A stretch of 64,000 nucleotides of DNA from Myxococcota bacterium (lineage in GTDB: Bacteria > Myxococcota_A > UBA796 > CAJQPC01): NCBI GenBank assembly GCA_036012755.1, contig DASCPX010000027.1, positions 224,001-288,000 on the forward strand, written 5' to 3'. The notes beneath the pieces are model-generated. The model was not told the origin of the DNA and made no database searches. It was given only the letters and a program-made list of their open reading frames with translations. Numbering within the stretch: the stretch's first letter is position 1; the number at the start of each line of letters is the position of its first letter. Below, in pieces: positions 1 through 10,365 of this stretch. A program made the translations under genes and the position numbers.

Positions 1-248
1 GGACCCTCGACGGCATCCTGATCAGCGACGAGTCGGGGAGCCCGCCGATCGACAACTGCCTCGTCGATGCCTTCAAGATCGCGGGCCCCTTCCCTCCCCC
101 GCCCGATGGGCTCGTCGACGACGACGGTCGCGCGCGGTTGCCTCACTTCTCGATGACCTTGCAGGTCACGCAGGCCCAGGCCCAGTACGAGGGCATCGAC
201 CCGCGCTCCGGGGTGCAGTTCCCCGGCATCCTGAAGGCCCCCAGGTAG
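1..248 (+). CDS. TonB C-terminal-domain family protein, 3' end only (truncated by window edge)
   Basis: Frame starting at nt 3 reads TLDGILISDESGSPPIDNCLVDAFKIAGPFPPPPDGL...GVQFPGILKAPR, stop TAG at 246-248. The SG..D...AF..A.PFPPPP..L pattern is typical of TonB C-terminal domains. Not in the ORF track. Confidence 0.6.
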   Translation, partial: TLDGILISDESGSPPIDNCLVDAFKIAGPFPPPPDGLVDDDGRARLPHFSMTLQVTQAQAQYEGIDPRSGVQFPGILKAPR

Positions 249-250
249 GC

Positions 251-1126
251 CTACTCGGCAACCTTGGACAAGGCAAAGGCCCGCGGCGCGTCGAGGAAGC
301 CGAGCCCGAAGCCCTCCGAGAGGAAGACCATCTGGCCCTGCTCGAGGGACTCCCAGCGGTCCTCGTCCCCGATCCGCTCGCTGCTCACGATGAGGTGGTT
401 GACGCACTTTCCCTGGGGGCGGACCGCTTCCATGCAGACCTTCTCCGCCGTGCAGGTCTCGATGTCGGTGCAGCGGATCTTCTGGGTTGCGAGGAACAGC
501 TCCTTGCCGGCGCGCTGAGCGAAGAGGACGTCCCCGTTGGTGAGGATGAAGTTGACGATGGGGTGGTCCTCTGCGGCGACGGCGAGCGAGCGCTCGAAGA
601 TGTCGTTGAGGGCCTCGCGCAGGACAGCAGCAGCAGCTACGACATCCTCGAGAGGCTCGTGGCCATAGGGATCCACCCCCGCTCCCTCCAGCGCAGAGAG
701 GAAGTAGTGGAAGAGGTGCTCGCTGTCGGTCGTTCCGAGGATGAGCTGCCGTCGTTGTTCTGGGATCCCACTGAGCATCCAGTCCCGCATGCGATCGAAG
801 CTGAAGACCGTGCCGTTGTGGGCGAAGACCCAGCGCCCGTACCTGAAGGGATGCGAGTTCAGGTAGTCGGTGCCACCCACGGTGGCCCGGCGGACGTGGA
901 CGACGAAGGTGTGGGAGCGCAGGCGGGAGCTCGCGAGGCGGAAGCGGTCACAGGTGTGGGCGGCGTCCGCGGACTTCAAGATGTAGGCGTCCCGCCCGAC
1001 GAAGTAGCCGATGCCCCAGCCGTGCGGATGCCCGCTGGCTTGAGCCGCCATTGCGTTGTCGGCCTCGACGAGGGAGCGGTGAGCCCTGGAGGCGACGGCG
1101 CTGCGGAAGCCAAAGAGCCTGCACAT
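251..1126 (-). CDS. Class II glutamine amidotransferase (Ntn hydrolase, YafJ/EgtC-like)
   Basis: Start reassigned to ATG 1126 giving MCRLFG (N-terminal nucleophile Cys2). Motifs HPHGWGIG, HVRRAT, NSHPF, FAHNG, GTTDSE. Confidence 0.9.
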   Translation of the reverse strand: MCRLFGFRSAVASRAHRSLVEADNAMAAQASGHPHGWGIGYFVGRDAYILKSADAAHTCDRFRLASSRLRSHTFVVHVRRATVGGTDYLNSHPFRYGRWVFAHNGTVFSFDRMRDWMLSGIPEQRRQLILGTTDSEHLFHYFLSALEGAGVDPYGHEPLEDVVAAAAVLREALNDIFERSLAVAAEDHPIVNFILTNGDVLFAQRAGKELFLATQKIRCTDIETCTAEKVCMEAVRPQGKCVNHLIVSSERIGDEDRWESLEQGQMVFLSEGFGLGFLDAPRAFALSKVAE

Positions 1127-1177
1127 CGGGTTAAGTGAACCACACGTTCTCGCTGCGGAAGGCGGCACGGAGGCAGA

Positions 1178-1582
1178 TTGGCGAACCTCGGCCTGACGGA
1201 GATGCTGGTCATCTTCATCCTGGTCGTCGTCTTCGTCGGCCCGGACGACCTCCCCGAGCTCATGAAGTTCCTTGGCCGGGCCTACGGCAAGATCCGACGA
1301 GCGAGCAACGAGCTCCGACGCGCCTTCACGCTCGAGGTCGACAAGGTCGAGGCGGAGGGCCGCGCCGCGGAGATTCGGAAACGGCGCGAGGCCCTGGTCG
1401 CCCGCCGGCGTGAGGAGACCGCCAGCCGCAAGGCCGCCGAAGAGTCCGGCGAGTCCCTCGAACCCGAGCCCGTTCCCAAGCCCGCGCCGGAGTCGGAGCC
1501 GAAGTCGGAACCGGCGCCCGAGACACCCGAGCACACGGCCACCGCGGAAGAGGCGCTCGAGGAGACGAAGGCAGAGGCATGA
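1178..1582 (+). CDS. tatB: Twin-arginine translocase subunit TatB
   Basis: N-terminal TM helix [19 protein letters not shown] followed by an amphipathic helix and a Pro/Glu-rich tail. ATGA overlap with tatC. Confidence 0.88.
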   Translation: MANLGLTEMLVIFILVVVFVGPDDLPELMKFLGRAYGKIRRASNELRRAFTLEVDKVEAEGRAAEIRKRREALVARRREETASRKAAEESGESLEPEPVPKPAPESEPKSEPAPETPEHTATAEEALEETKAEA

Positions 1583-2379
1583 GCAACACGCGCGAGGCCT
1601 TCCCCAAGGCACAGGAGCCGAAACCGCCCGAGGAGCTCCGGATGAGCATCCTGGACCACCTCCGAGAGCTGCGGAAGCGGCTCATCGTCGTGCTGTGGAC
1701 TGCAGGCATCTGCATCGTCGGCTGCTTCGTCTTCGCCATGGACATCTTCAACTGGCTCGTGGCCCCGATGAACCGCGCGCTGGTCGCCCACGGCGAAGGC
1801 ACGATGGCGATCACAGACCCGACCGAGGGCATCATCACCTACCTGAAGGTGGCGCTGCTGGCGGGACTGGTCATCGCGAGCCCGGTCATCTTCTACCAGC
1901 TCTGGGCCTTCGTCGCGCCAGGGCTCTACGCGCGGGAGAAGAAGACCGTCATCCCGCTGGTCGTGGCCTCCACGCTGCTCTTCCTGATCGGGGCCAGCTT
2001 CGGCTACTTCGTCATCTTCCAGTACGGCTTCGAGTTCTTCCTCTCTGTCATCGACCCCGCCGAGACCGCAGCCGTCCTGTCGATCAACAGCTACCTCGTC
2101 ACGGCGACCAAGCTCCTGGCGGCCTTTGGCCTGTCCTTCCAGCTCCCCGTCGTCGTCTTCTTCCTCGCCCGCATCGGCCTCATCGACGCTCGCGACATGG
2201 TCAAGTACTTCCGCTACGCCATCGTCGCGATCTTCGTCATCGCGGCCGTCATCACGCCACCAGACCCCCTGACCCAGACCTTGATGGCCGGGCCGCTGGT
2301 CGTGCTCTACGGCGTCAGCATCCTCATCGCCTGGGCGGTCAGCACGAAGGAGCGGCTCCCAGAGGGCGAGGAGTCATGA
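1579..2379 (+). CDS. tatC: Twin-arginine translocase subunit TatC
   Basis: [38 protein letters not shown] motifs; six TM segments. Confidence 0.97.
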   Translation: MSNTREAFPKAQEPKPPEELRMSILDHLRELRKRLIVVLWTAGICIVGCFVFAMDIFNWLVAPMNRALVAHGEGTMAITDPTEGIITYLKVALLAGLVIASPVIFYQLWAFVAPGLYAREKKTVIPLVVASTLLFLIGASFGYFVIFQYGFEFFLSVIDPAETAAVLSINSYLVTATKLLAAFGLSFQLPVVVFFLARIGLIDARDMVKYFRYAIVAIFVIAAVITPPDPLTQTLMAGPLVVLYGVSILIAWAVSTKERLPEGEES

Positions 2380-4943
2380 GAGCGCTCTACACCGACTCGC
2401 CGGCGCCGATCCGGCTGGAGATGCCCACGGAGCTGGATGTCCGCCTCGGGGGGCCCTTGCCCCGGGCCGACCTCGAGCTCGCGCGGCTCGCCACGGGCGA
2501 GGTCCAGGTCGGCCTCGGCGCAGAGGTCCTCGCGAACATCGCGTTGCTCCGAGCCATCCGCCTGGTCACCCAGGGCCACGTTCGCATCGTGGCGGGCGCC
2601 GCGGACGACCTCTTCTGTGACGACGCCTCGCAGAACGTGCTGCGGTCCACCGCAGTCGCAGTGTCCGCCTGTCTCGGCGGCGCCGACGCGCTCGTCATGA
2701 CACCGCACGAAGACAGTGATCACGGTCGGCGGCTCGCCCTCAACATCCCGCGTGTCCTGCTCCAGGAGGCCTCGCTGCGCCGGGTCGCCGATCCAGCCGC
2801 CGGCAGCTGGGCCATCGACTCCCTGACCGCCGAGCTCGTCGATGTCGCAGCGCCGCCGCTGCACCCCCACCCGGGCGAGTCGCAGACCGCGGAGGGCATC
2901 GGCATCCGGTCCAGCTACGGCCCAGAAGACCTCGACGGGGTCGAACTCCACCGCGAGCCTGGGGTGACCCCGTACGTGCGCGGGCCATACGCGTCGATGT
3001 ACACGGGCCGCCCCTGGACGGTGCGCCAGTACGCCGGTTTCTCGACCGCCGAGGAGTCCAACGCCTTCTACCGGCGGAACCTCGCCGCTGGTCAGAAGGG
3101 CCTGTCGATCGCCTTCGATCTGCCTACGCACCGCGGCTATGACTCGGACCACCCCCGCGTCGGCGGAGACGTCGGCATGGCCGGAGTCGCGGTCGACTCG
3201 ATCCTCGACATGCGGGTCCTGTTCGACGGCATCCCGCTCGATGGCATGAGCGTGTCGATGACGATGAACGGCGCCGTGCTGCCCATCATGGCCCTCTACA
3301 TCGTCGCTGGCGAGGAGCAGGGGGTGCCCGCAGAGGAGCTCTCCGGGACCATCCAGAATGACGTCCTCAAGGAGTTCATGGTCCGGAACACCTACATCTA
3401 CCCGCCGGCTCCGAGCATGCGCATCGTGAGCGACATCTTCGCCTTCACCTCGGAGAGGATGCCGAGGTTCAACAGCATCTCGGTGAGCGGCTACCACATG
3501 CAGGAGGCCGGAGCGTCCGCCGATCTGGAGCTCGCCTACACGCTGGCCGATGGCATCGAGTACGTACGCTCAGGTGTCGCCGCGGGTCTCGACGTCGACG
3601 CCTTCGCGCCACGAATCAGCTTCTTCTTCGGCATCGGCATGGACTTCTTCATGGAGATCGCGAAGCTGCGGGCCGCCCGCTTGCTCTGGGCCGAGCTCAT
3701 GGAGGAGTTCGAGCCCGACGACCCCAAGTCCAGCATGATGCGGACCCACTGCCAGACGAGCGGCTGGAGCCTCACCGCACAAGACGTCTGGAACAACGTC
3801 GCGCGGACCTGCGTCGAGGCCATGGCGGCTACCTACGGCGGCACCCAGAGCCTCCACACCAACGCGCTGGACGAGGCCCTCGCGCTGCCCACCGACGCCT
3901 CCGCACGCATCGCCCGCGACACCCAGCTCTTCCTCCAGACCGAGGCCGACACCTGCCGGACTATCGACCCTTGGGGGGGCAGCTTCTACGTGGAGCGACT
4001 GACCCACGAGCTGGCTGGGCGCGCCCGGGATCACCTGCGCGAGATCGACGAGCTGGGCGGCATGGCGGCGGCCATCGCCAAGGGCATCCCCAAGCTGCGC
4101 ATCGAGGAAGCCAGCGCCCGGACCCAGGCTCGCATCGACAGCGGAGACAAGGCCGTCATCGGGGTGAACTGCCACCGGCCAGCGACGGACGAGGCGATCG
4201 AAGTCCTCAAGGTCGACAACGTGGCCGTGCTCGCGGCGCAGAAGGCGCGGCTGGCCGCCCTCCGAGCCGATCGGGACGACGAGGCCGTCCTGGACGCCCT
4301 CGCTGCACTGTCCGAGGCCGCGGTGACCGGAGGGGGAAACCTGCTGTCGCTGTCGGTGCAAGCGGCCCGGGCGCGGTGTACGGTCGGAGAGATCTCCGAT
4401 GCGCTGGAGCAGGCCTGGGGGCGTCACCGGGCCGAGACCCTCACGGTTCGCGGCGTCTATCGGGGAACCCTGCAGGAGGCCGGCGCCGACATGGACCAAC
4501 TCCACAGCGCGATCGACCGCTTCGAGGCCAGCGAGGGCCGGAGGCCCAGGATCCTCCTCGCCAAGATGGGGCAGGACGGACACGACCGCGGCCAGAAGGT
4601 CATCGCCACTGCCTTCGCGGACGCTGGCTTCGACGTAGACGTCGGGCCGCTCTTCCAGACCCCAAAGGAGACCGCGAGGCAGGCTGTGGAGAACGACGTG
4701 CACGTCGTCGGCGTGTCCTCGCTGGCTGCGGGGCATCTCACGCTGGTCCCCGCTCTCGTCGCCGCGCTCCGCGCGGAGGGCCGCCCCGATGTGTTGGTCG
4801 TGGTGGGCGGTGTCATCCCCCCACAGGACTTCCAGGAGCTCCGCGCCGCCGGCGCCGCGGCGATCTACCCGCCGGGTACCGAGATCCGCGGCGCCGCGAC
4901 CGAGCTGGTGAGCCTCTTGTCCGCGCACCTGGGCCACGGGTGA
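2376..4943 (+). CDS. scpA: Methylmalonyl-CoA mutase (B12-dependent) with an N-terminal vestigial small-subunit-like extension
   Basis: ATG 2376 overlaps the tatC stop. [40 protein letters not shown] and B12-binding [10 protein letters not shown] motifs. About 165 extra N-terminal residues. Confidence 0.95.
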   Translation: MRALYTDSPAPIRLEMPTELDVRLGGPLPRADLELARLATGEVQVGLGAEVLANIALLRAIRLVTQGHVRIVAGAADDLFCDDASQNVLRSTAVAVSACLGGADALVMTPHEDSDHGRRLALNIPRVLLQEASLRRVADPAAGSWAIDSLTAELVDVAAPPLHPHPGESQTAEGIGIRSSYGPEDLDGVELHREPGVTPYVRGPYASMYTGRPWTVRQYAGFSTAEESNAFYRRNLAAGQKGLSIAFDLPTHRGYDSDHPRVGGDVGMAGVAVDSILDMRVLFDGIPLDGMSVSMTMNGAVLPIMALYIVAGEEQGVPAEELSGTIQNDVLKEFMVRNTYIYPPAPSMRIVSDIFAFTSERMPRFNSISVSGYHMQEAGASADLELAYTLADGIEYVRSGVAAGLDVDAFAPRISFFFGIGMDFFMEIAKLRAARLLWAELMEEFEPDDPKSSMMRTHCQTSGWSLTAQDVWNNVARTCVEAMAATYGGTQSLHTNALDEALALPTDASARIARDTQLFLQTEADTCRTIDPWGGSFYVERLTHELAGRARDHLREIDELGGMAAAIAKGIPKLRIEEASARTQARIDSGDKAVIGVNCHRPATDEAIEVLKVDNVAVLAAQKARLAALRADRDDEAVLDALAALSEAAVTGGGNLLSLSVQAARARCTVGEISDALEQAWGRHRAETLTVRGVYRGTLQEAGADMDQLHSAIDRFEASEGRRPRILLAKMGQDGHDRGQKVIATAFADAGFDVDVGPLFQTPKETARQAVENDVHVVGVSSLAAGHLTLVPALVAALRAEGRPDVLVVVGGVIPPQDFQELRAAGAAAIYPPGTEIRGAATELVSLLSAHLGHG

Positions 4944-5845
4944 ACATCCAGACCCGAGGCGGCCTCGCCCGTGCCATCACCCTGATCGAGAGCGGTCGGG
5001 CCGATCATCGCGAGCAAGCACTGGCCCTGCTCGAGGCGCTCATGCCCCGCACGGGCGGCGCGATCCGCGTGGGCATCACGGGGGTGCCGGGGGTCGGCAA
5101 GTCCACCTTCGTCGAGGCCCTCGGCTGCGAGCTGGTCGCTCGAGGGCACAAGGTGGCGGTGCTCGCAGTGGACCCGTCGTCGGTGCGAAGCGGCGGCAGC
5201 ATCCTCGGCGACAAAACCCGCATGGAGCGCCTGGCGCAGCTCGACGGCGCCTTCATCCGGCCCTCCCCGACCGGGGGAACTCTCGGCGGCGTCGCAGCCC
5301 GTACCCGTGAGTCGCTGCTGCTCTGCGAGGCCGCCGGCTACGACGTGGTCCTCGTCGAGACCGTCGGCATCGGGCAGAGCGAGCTCTCGGTCGCCTCGAT
5401 GACGGACTTCTTCTGCGTGCTGATGCTCGCAGGTGCCGGGGACGAGCTCCAAGGCATCAAGCGCGGCCTGATGGAGCTGGCGGACGCGCTCGTCGTGCAC
5501 AAGGCAGACGGTGACAACCTCCTGGCGGCGAAGCGGGCAGCGGTCACGTACCGGAGCGCACTCCACCTGCTGCACGTCGGCTCACAGTGGGAACCCCGGG
5601 TCACCACGGCCTCGGCGCTGGAGGGCACCGGCATCGACGAGGTCTGGGAGATCGTGCTCGAACACCGAGCTGCCACGGATCTCGAGGCCAGGCGCAGGGA
5701 GCAGGCCCGCAGCTGGCTCTGGTCGATGGTCGACGAGGGGCTGCGCGCCCGGGTCCGGGCTCGCGAAGACGCCAACGAGATCGAGGCGGCGGTGGTCGCT
5801 GGTGAGCTGCCAGCCACCGTTGGGGCGCAGCGCCTCCTCGGCTGA
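4940..5845 (+). CDS. meaB: Methylmalonyl-CoA mutase-associated GTPase MeaB
   Basis: GTG 4940 overlaps the mutase stop. [53 protein letters not shown]. Confidence 0.96.
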   Translation: MNIQTRGGLARAITLIESGRADHREQALALLEALMPRTGGAIRVGITGVPGVGKSTFVEALGCELVARGHKVAVLAVDPSSVRSGGSILGDKTRMERLAQLDGAFIRPSPTGGTLGGVAARTRESLLLCEAAGYDVVLVETVGIGQSELSVASMTDFFCVLMLAGAGDELQGIKRGLMELADALVVHKADGDNLLAAKRAAVTYRSALHLLHVGSQWEPRVTTASALEGTGIDEVWEIVLEHRAATDLEARRREQARSWLWSMVDEGLRARVRAREDANEIEAAVVAGELPATVGAQRLLG

Positions 5846-5854
5846 ACCCCGGGC

Positions 5855-6343
5855 CTACTCGATCCGCAGGAGCGTGGCCCCGGTCTCCACCGCGTCGCCA
5901 GGGCTGACCAGGACCTCCGCGACGACGCCGTCGACGGGGGCATGGACCTCGTTCTCCATTTTCATGGCCTCGACGACGAGCACCGTGTCTCCGGTGCTCA
6001 CGATGTCCCCCACCGCCACCGAGACCGCGACGATGCGCCCTGGCATCGAGGTCGTGAGCGTGCCGTTGGCGGTGCCCCCGGAGAGCCGCAAGGCACTCTT
6101 CCGAGGGTCGACGACGGAGCAGGCGTGGTGGGTCCCGCGCAGGTCGACGTCCCAGCCGCCCTCCGAGCGCACGAGCCCGGCGTCGTGGCTCCGGCCCTCT
6201 ATGAGCAGGTGGAGCACCGCGCCGAGGCGCCGACCCTCCACCTGGCGAGGTGGATCCTGGTCGATCGCGACCAGCCAGCCCTCGCCCGAGCGCTCGATGT
6301 GGACCCGCCGGACGACACCACCGATGGTGATCTCGTAGGTCAT
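5855..6343 (-). CDS. Biotin carboxyl carrier protein (acyl-CoA carboxylase, with N-terminal BT-like domain)
   Basis: SMPGRIV...VVEAMKMENE biotinylation motif; coupled to the biotin carboxylase gene. Confidence 0.93.
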   Translation of the reverse strand: MTYEITIGGVVRRVHIERSGEGWLVAIDQDPPRQVEGRRLGAVLHLLIEGRSHDAGLVRSEGGWDVDLRGTHHACSVVDPRKSALRLSGGTANGTLTTSMPGRIVAVSVAVGDIVSTGDTVLVVEAMKMENEVHAPVDGVVAEVLVSPGDAVETGATLLRIE

Positions 6344-7818
6344 CGCTTCCAGCCCAGGTGGCGCTTCCAGGCCGAAGCGGTCCCGTCAGCTGGGGCTGGA
6401 GTGCGGCGGTGGTCGAGCTCGAACTGTGCGATCGCCGCGGCTGTCGCGGCCACCTCGTCGTTCCGTAGATCCTCCAGATCGTTCAGCAACTCTGGAGTGA
6501 TGAAGGCCGTCGTGTAGTCCCCGGCCAGGAAGCGCTCGTCCGCGAGGACGCGACGGAAGAAGCCGATGGAGGTGCGGATCCCCGTGACGCGGTACTCGCG
6601 CAGCGCCCGATCGCACCTCCGGATGCACTCTTCGCGATTCCGGCCCCAGACGACGAGCTTCGCGATCATCGGGTCGTAGTGGACCGGGACCTCGGTCTCC
6701 TCCGTGACGCCGCTGTCGACGCGAACGAAGGGGCCGGAGGGCTCGCGATAGGACCGGATGCGTCCAGGGGCGGGCATGAAGTCCCGGGCAGGATCCTCTG
6801 CGTAGATCCGGCACTCGATGGCGTGGCCGTGCACGCGCAGGTCGTCCTGCCCGAAACCCAGGGGCTCGCCGCGGGCGATGCGCAGCTGGGCCTGGGCGAG
6901 GTCCACGCCGGTGACCATCTCGGTGATCGGGTGCTCGACCTGCAGCCGCGTGTTCATCTCGAGGAAGTAGAAGCCGCCGTCCCCGCCATAGAGGAACTCG
7001 ACGGTTCCGGCGCCGACGTAGTCCACGGCCTTCGCCGCCGCGACCGCCACCCGGCCCATCTCGTCGCGGGTCTCCTCGGCCAGCACGGGGCAGGGAGTCT
7101 CTTCGAGCACCTTCTGGTGACGGCGCTGGATCGAACAGTCCCGCTCGAAGAGGTGGAGGGTGTTGCCGTGCTGGTCGGCCAGCACCTGGATCTCGACGTG
7201 GCGCGGGTTCACGACGAACTTCTCGAGGTAGACCGCGTCATCCCCGAAGGAGTTGCGCGCCTCTGACCGAGCAGCACGGAACGCGGCGAGGAGGTCCCCT
7301 GGCCGCTCGACCTTGCGCATGCCCTTTCCGCCCCCGCCCGCGGAGGCCTTGAGCATCACGGGGTAGCCGATGTCCGCCGCGATGCGGAGGAGCTCGTCCT
7401 CGTCCTCGATCGCCTCCAGCGTGCCTGGCACGAGGGGAACCCCGGCAGCCTGCATGAGCTGGCGCGAGCCGGTCTTGCTGCCCATCATCGTGATGGCATG
7501 GGGCGAGGGTCCGACCCAGGTGAGACCCGCGTCGATGACCGCCTGCGCGAAGCTGGCGTTCTCCGAGAGGAAGCCGTAGCCGGGATGGATGGCGTCGGCC
7601 CCGGTCTCCGCCGCGACCTCCAGCAAGCGGTCCGCGCGGAGGTAGGACTCGCTCGCCGGGGCGGGGCCGATGTGGCGAGCGAAGGTCGCCATGCGTACGT
7701 GGGGTGCGGTCCGGTCCACGTCGCTGAAGACCGCGACGGTCTCCAGCTCCAGCTCGGCGCAAGCCCGGATGATCCGAACCGCGATCTCGCCACGGTTTGC
7801 TATGAGGACCCGCTTCAC
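6340..7818 (-). CDS. accC: Biotin carboxylase subunit of acetyl/propionyl-CoA carboxylase
   Basis: LIANRGEIAVR, HPGYGFLSEN, GGGGKGMR, RDCSIQRRHQK, EMNTRLQVEH, YDPMIAKL. Confidence 0.95.
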   Translation of the reverse strand: MKRVLIANRGEIAVRIIRACAELELETVAVFSDVDRTAPHVRMATFARHIGPAPASESYLRADRLLEVAAETGADAIHPGYGFLSENASFAQAVIDAGLTWVGPSPHAITMMGSKTGSRQLMQAAGVPLVPGTLEAIEDEDELLRIAADIGYPVMLKASAGGGGKGMRKVERPGDLLAAFRAARSEARNSFGDDAVYLEKFVVNPRHVEIQVLADQHGNTLHLFERDCSIQRRHQKVLEETPCPVLAEETRDEMGRVAVAAAKAVDYVGAGTVEFLYGGDGGFYFLEMNTRLQVEHPITEMVTGVDLAQAQLRIARGEPLGFGQDDLRVHGHAIECRIYAEDPARDFMPAPGRIRSYREPSGPFVRVDSGVTEETEVPVHYDPMIAKLVVWGRNREECIRRCDRALREYRVTGIRTSIGFFRRVLADERFLAGDYTTAFITPELLNDLEDLRNDEVAATAAAIAQFELDHRRTPAPADGTASAWKRHLGWKR

Positions 7819-7845
7819 GGCGCGTCCGTATCCTGCTCCGGTGTC

Positions 7846-10275
7846 CTACGCCGTAGGCTGCGCGTCCCCGGACTTCGCGGACTTCTCGGCTGCCTTGATG
7901 GCCTCGATCTCCGCCCTCTTCGCCTTCAGGTTGTCTGCGCCCAGCACCAGGTCGAGGACCTGCTCCATGCGGCTGCAGAAGTGGAAGGTCAGCTCGCTCT
8001 GGATCTCATCCGGAACCTCGACCAGGTCCTTTCGGTTCTTCTCCGGGAGGATGACCGTCGTGATGCCGGCGCGGTGGGCAGCGAGGACCTTCTCCTTGAT
8101 GCCACCGACCGGGAGGACGGCCCCGCGGAGGGTGGCCTCGCCGGTCATGGCGATGGCCGCGTCGACCTTGATGCCGGTGAGCAGCGACACGATCGCCGTG
8201 AGCATCGTCACGCCCGCGGAGGGCCCGTCCTTAGGCACCGCACCGCTGGGCACGTGGATGTGGATGTCCTCCTTGTCGAAGACGTCCTCGTCGATGCCGA
8301 GCTCGGGCGCCATCGAGCGAATGTAGCTGCGAGCAACGCCGACGCTCTCCTTCATGACGTCGCCGAGCGAACCCGACAGGGCCAGCTGGCCCTTGCCGCG
8401 CATGCGGGTGGCTTCGATGAACAGGATGTCGCCGCCGACGGCGGTCCAGGCCAGACCTGTCGCCACCCCGGCCACGCTGGTGCGCTCGGCCACCTCGTTG
8501 AAGAAGTGGATCGGGCCTCGGATCTCCTCGATGAGCTCCGTCTCGATCGCCACCGTCTCTGTCGTGCCGCCGGCGATCTCGCGGGCGACCCAGCGGGCGC
8601 AGGCGGCCAGCTCGCGCTTGAGGCTGCGCACGCCGGCCTCGCGGGTGTACGCCATGATGAGGTGCCGGATGGCGTCATCCGTGATCGTCATCTGGGTCGG
8701 CAGGAGCCCGTGCTCCTCCAGGACGGTCTTGAACAAGAAGTTCCGGGCGATCTTGACCTTGTCCTCGGGCGTGTAGCCAGGGATGCGGATGACCTCCATG
8801 CGATCGAGCAGCGGCCCGGGGATGGTGTCGGCCACGTTCGCCGTCGCGATGAACAGAACGCTGGAGAGATCGAAGGGCAGGTCGAGGTAGTGGTCGCTGA
8901 AGGTGTCGTTCTGCTCTGGGTCGAGGACCTCCAACAGCGCGCTGGAGGGGTCGCCTCGGTAGTCGCTCCCGAGCTTGTCGATCTCGTCGAGGATGAAGAC
9001 GGGGTTGTTCGAACCCGCCTTCTTCAGCGACTTGATGATCTTGCCCGGCAGCGAGCCGATGTAGGTGCGCCGGTGCCCCCGGATCTCGGCCTCGTCACGG
9101 ACGCCACCGAGGCTCATCCGAACCATCTTGCGCCCGAGGGCGCGGGCGACGGACTTCGCGAGCGAGGTCTTGCCGACACCAGGCGGTCCGACGAGGCAGA
9201 GAATCGGGCCCTTCATGTCGCGCTTGAGCTTGAGCACGGCGAGGTACTCGACGATGCGCTGCTTGACCTTCTCGAGGTCGTAGTGGTCTTCGTCCAGGAT
9301 GACCTGGGCCCGGTCGACGTCGAGGTGGTCCTCTGTCTGGGCCGACCACGGCAGCTCCGTCAGCCACTCGAGGTAGGTGCGCGAGACGGTGTACTCGGCG
9401 GCACCGGGGCTCATCCGGGCCATGCGCTTGAGCTCCTTGTAGGCGGCCTGCTCCGCGTCCTTTGGCATGCGGGCCTTCTTGATCGCCTTCTTCAGGTCCT
9501 CGAACTCTTCCTGGCGCTCGTCGACCTCGCCGAGCTCCTTCTGGATGGCCTTGAGCTGTTCGCGCAGGAAGTACTCCCGCTGAGCCTTGTCCATCTCGCC
9601 CTTGACCTCGGTCTGGATCTTGTTGGACAGCTCGAGGACCTGGATCTCCTTCTGGAGGAGCACGATGACCTTCTCGATCCGCTCCTTGGTGCCGAAGGTC
9701 TCGAGCAGCTCCTGCTTCTCTTCGACGCCGATCGACAGGTTGGTGGCGACGATGTCGGCGAGCATCCCCGGGTTGTCGATGCTGCGGACGAGGAAGCTCG
9801 CCTCGCTCGGGATGTGGGGGGACAGGTCGATGATGCGCCGGGCGAGCTCACGGAGCTGGGACAGGAGCTTGTCGAAGTCGCGACCCTCGCTCATGTCCTG
9901 CTCGTGGACGGAGACCGCGGCGCGCAGGTAGGGATCTGTGGCCGCCCATTTCTCCACCTTGATGCGCGAGAGTCCCTGGATGATCACGTTGAGCTTGTTG
10001 CCCGGCATGATGACGGACTTGAGGATCTTGACGACCGTGCCCGTCTGGTAGAGCTCGTCGATCGCCGGGTCCTCGTTCTTGGCGTCGCGCTGGGCGACGA
10101 TCCCGAGCAGCTTGTCCCCGGCCATGGCCTCTTCGATGGCCTTGAGCGACTTCTCCCGGCCGACGTTGATGGGAAAGGCCAACACCGGGAAGATCACCGT
10201 GTTGCGAATGGCGAGGACCGGAAGCTCCAGCGCCGACGGGAGGCTCGCGCCCTCATGCTCGGACGGATTGGTCAT
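7846..10275 (-). CDS. lon: ATP-dependent Lon protease
   Basis: ATG 10275 preceded by GGAG. Lon N-domain, Walker A GPPGVGKTS, RGHRRTY, catalytic PKDGPSAG and GGIKEK. Confidence 0.97.
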   Translation of the reverse strand: MTNPSEHEGASLPSALELPVLAIRNTVIFPVLAFPINVGREKSLKAIEEAMAGDKLLGIVAQRDAKNEDPAIDELYQTGTVVKILKSVIMPGNKLNVIIQGLSRIKVEKWAATDPYLRAAVSVHEQDMSEGRDFDKLLSQLRELARRIIDLSPHIPSEASFLVRSIDNPGMLADIVATNLSIGVEEKQELLETFGTKERIEKVIVLLQKEIQVLELSNKIQTEVKGEMDKAQREYFLREQLKAIQKELGEVDERQEEFEDLKKAIKKARMPKDAEQAAYKELKRMARMSPGAAEYTVSRTYLEWLTELPWSAQTEDHLDVDRAQVILDEDHYDLEKVKQRIVEYLAVLKLKRDMKGPILCLVGPPGVGKTSLAKSVARALGRKMVRMSLGGVRDEAEIRGHRRTYIGSLPGKIIKSLKKAGSNNPVFILDEIDKLGSDYRGDPSSALLEVLDPEQNDTFSDHYLDLPFDLSSVLFIATANVADTIPGPLLDRMEVIRIPGYTPEDKVKIARNFLFKTVLEEHGLLPTQMTITDDAIRHLIMAYTREAGVRSLKRELAACARWVAREIAGGTTETVAIETELIEEIRGPIHFFNEVAERTSVAGVATGLAWTAVGGDILFIEATRMRGKGQLALSGSLGDVMKESVGVARSYIRSMAPELGIDEDVFDKEDIHIHVPSGAVPKDGPSAGVTMLTAIVSLLTGIKVDAAIAMTGEATLRGAVLPVGGIKEKVLAAHRAGITTVILPEKNRKDLVEVPDEIQSELTFHFCSRMEQVLDLVLGADNLKAKRAEIEAIKAAEKSAKSGDAQPTA

Positions 10276-10365
10276 GGGGACTCCAATGTCGAGAGACTGT
10301 TCGGCCCCAGTATCCGGCAAGTCACGGCGGGGCCCTTCCTACAGAACATCCGTCCGCGCAATCGG

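Noticed and set aside
251..1126. Calling the amidotransferase egtC (ergothioneine pathway)
   Set aside because: No egtA, egtB or egtD nearby. Only the family can be supported.
1272..2375. Apparent 368-aa N-terminal extension of the mutase ORF
   Set aside because: Arg/Pro-rich alternate-frame read of tatB and tatC. The real start is ATG 2376.
1178..4943. Tat export of the mutase, suggested by tatBC-mutase coupling
   Set aside because: The mutase N-terminus has no twin-arginine motif and the enzyme is cytoplasmic. Probably incidental operon packing.
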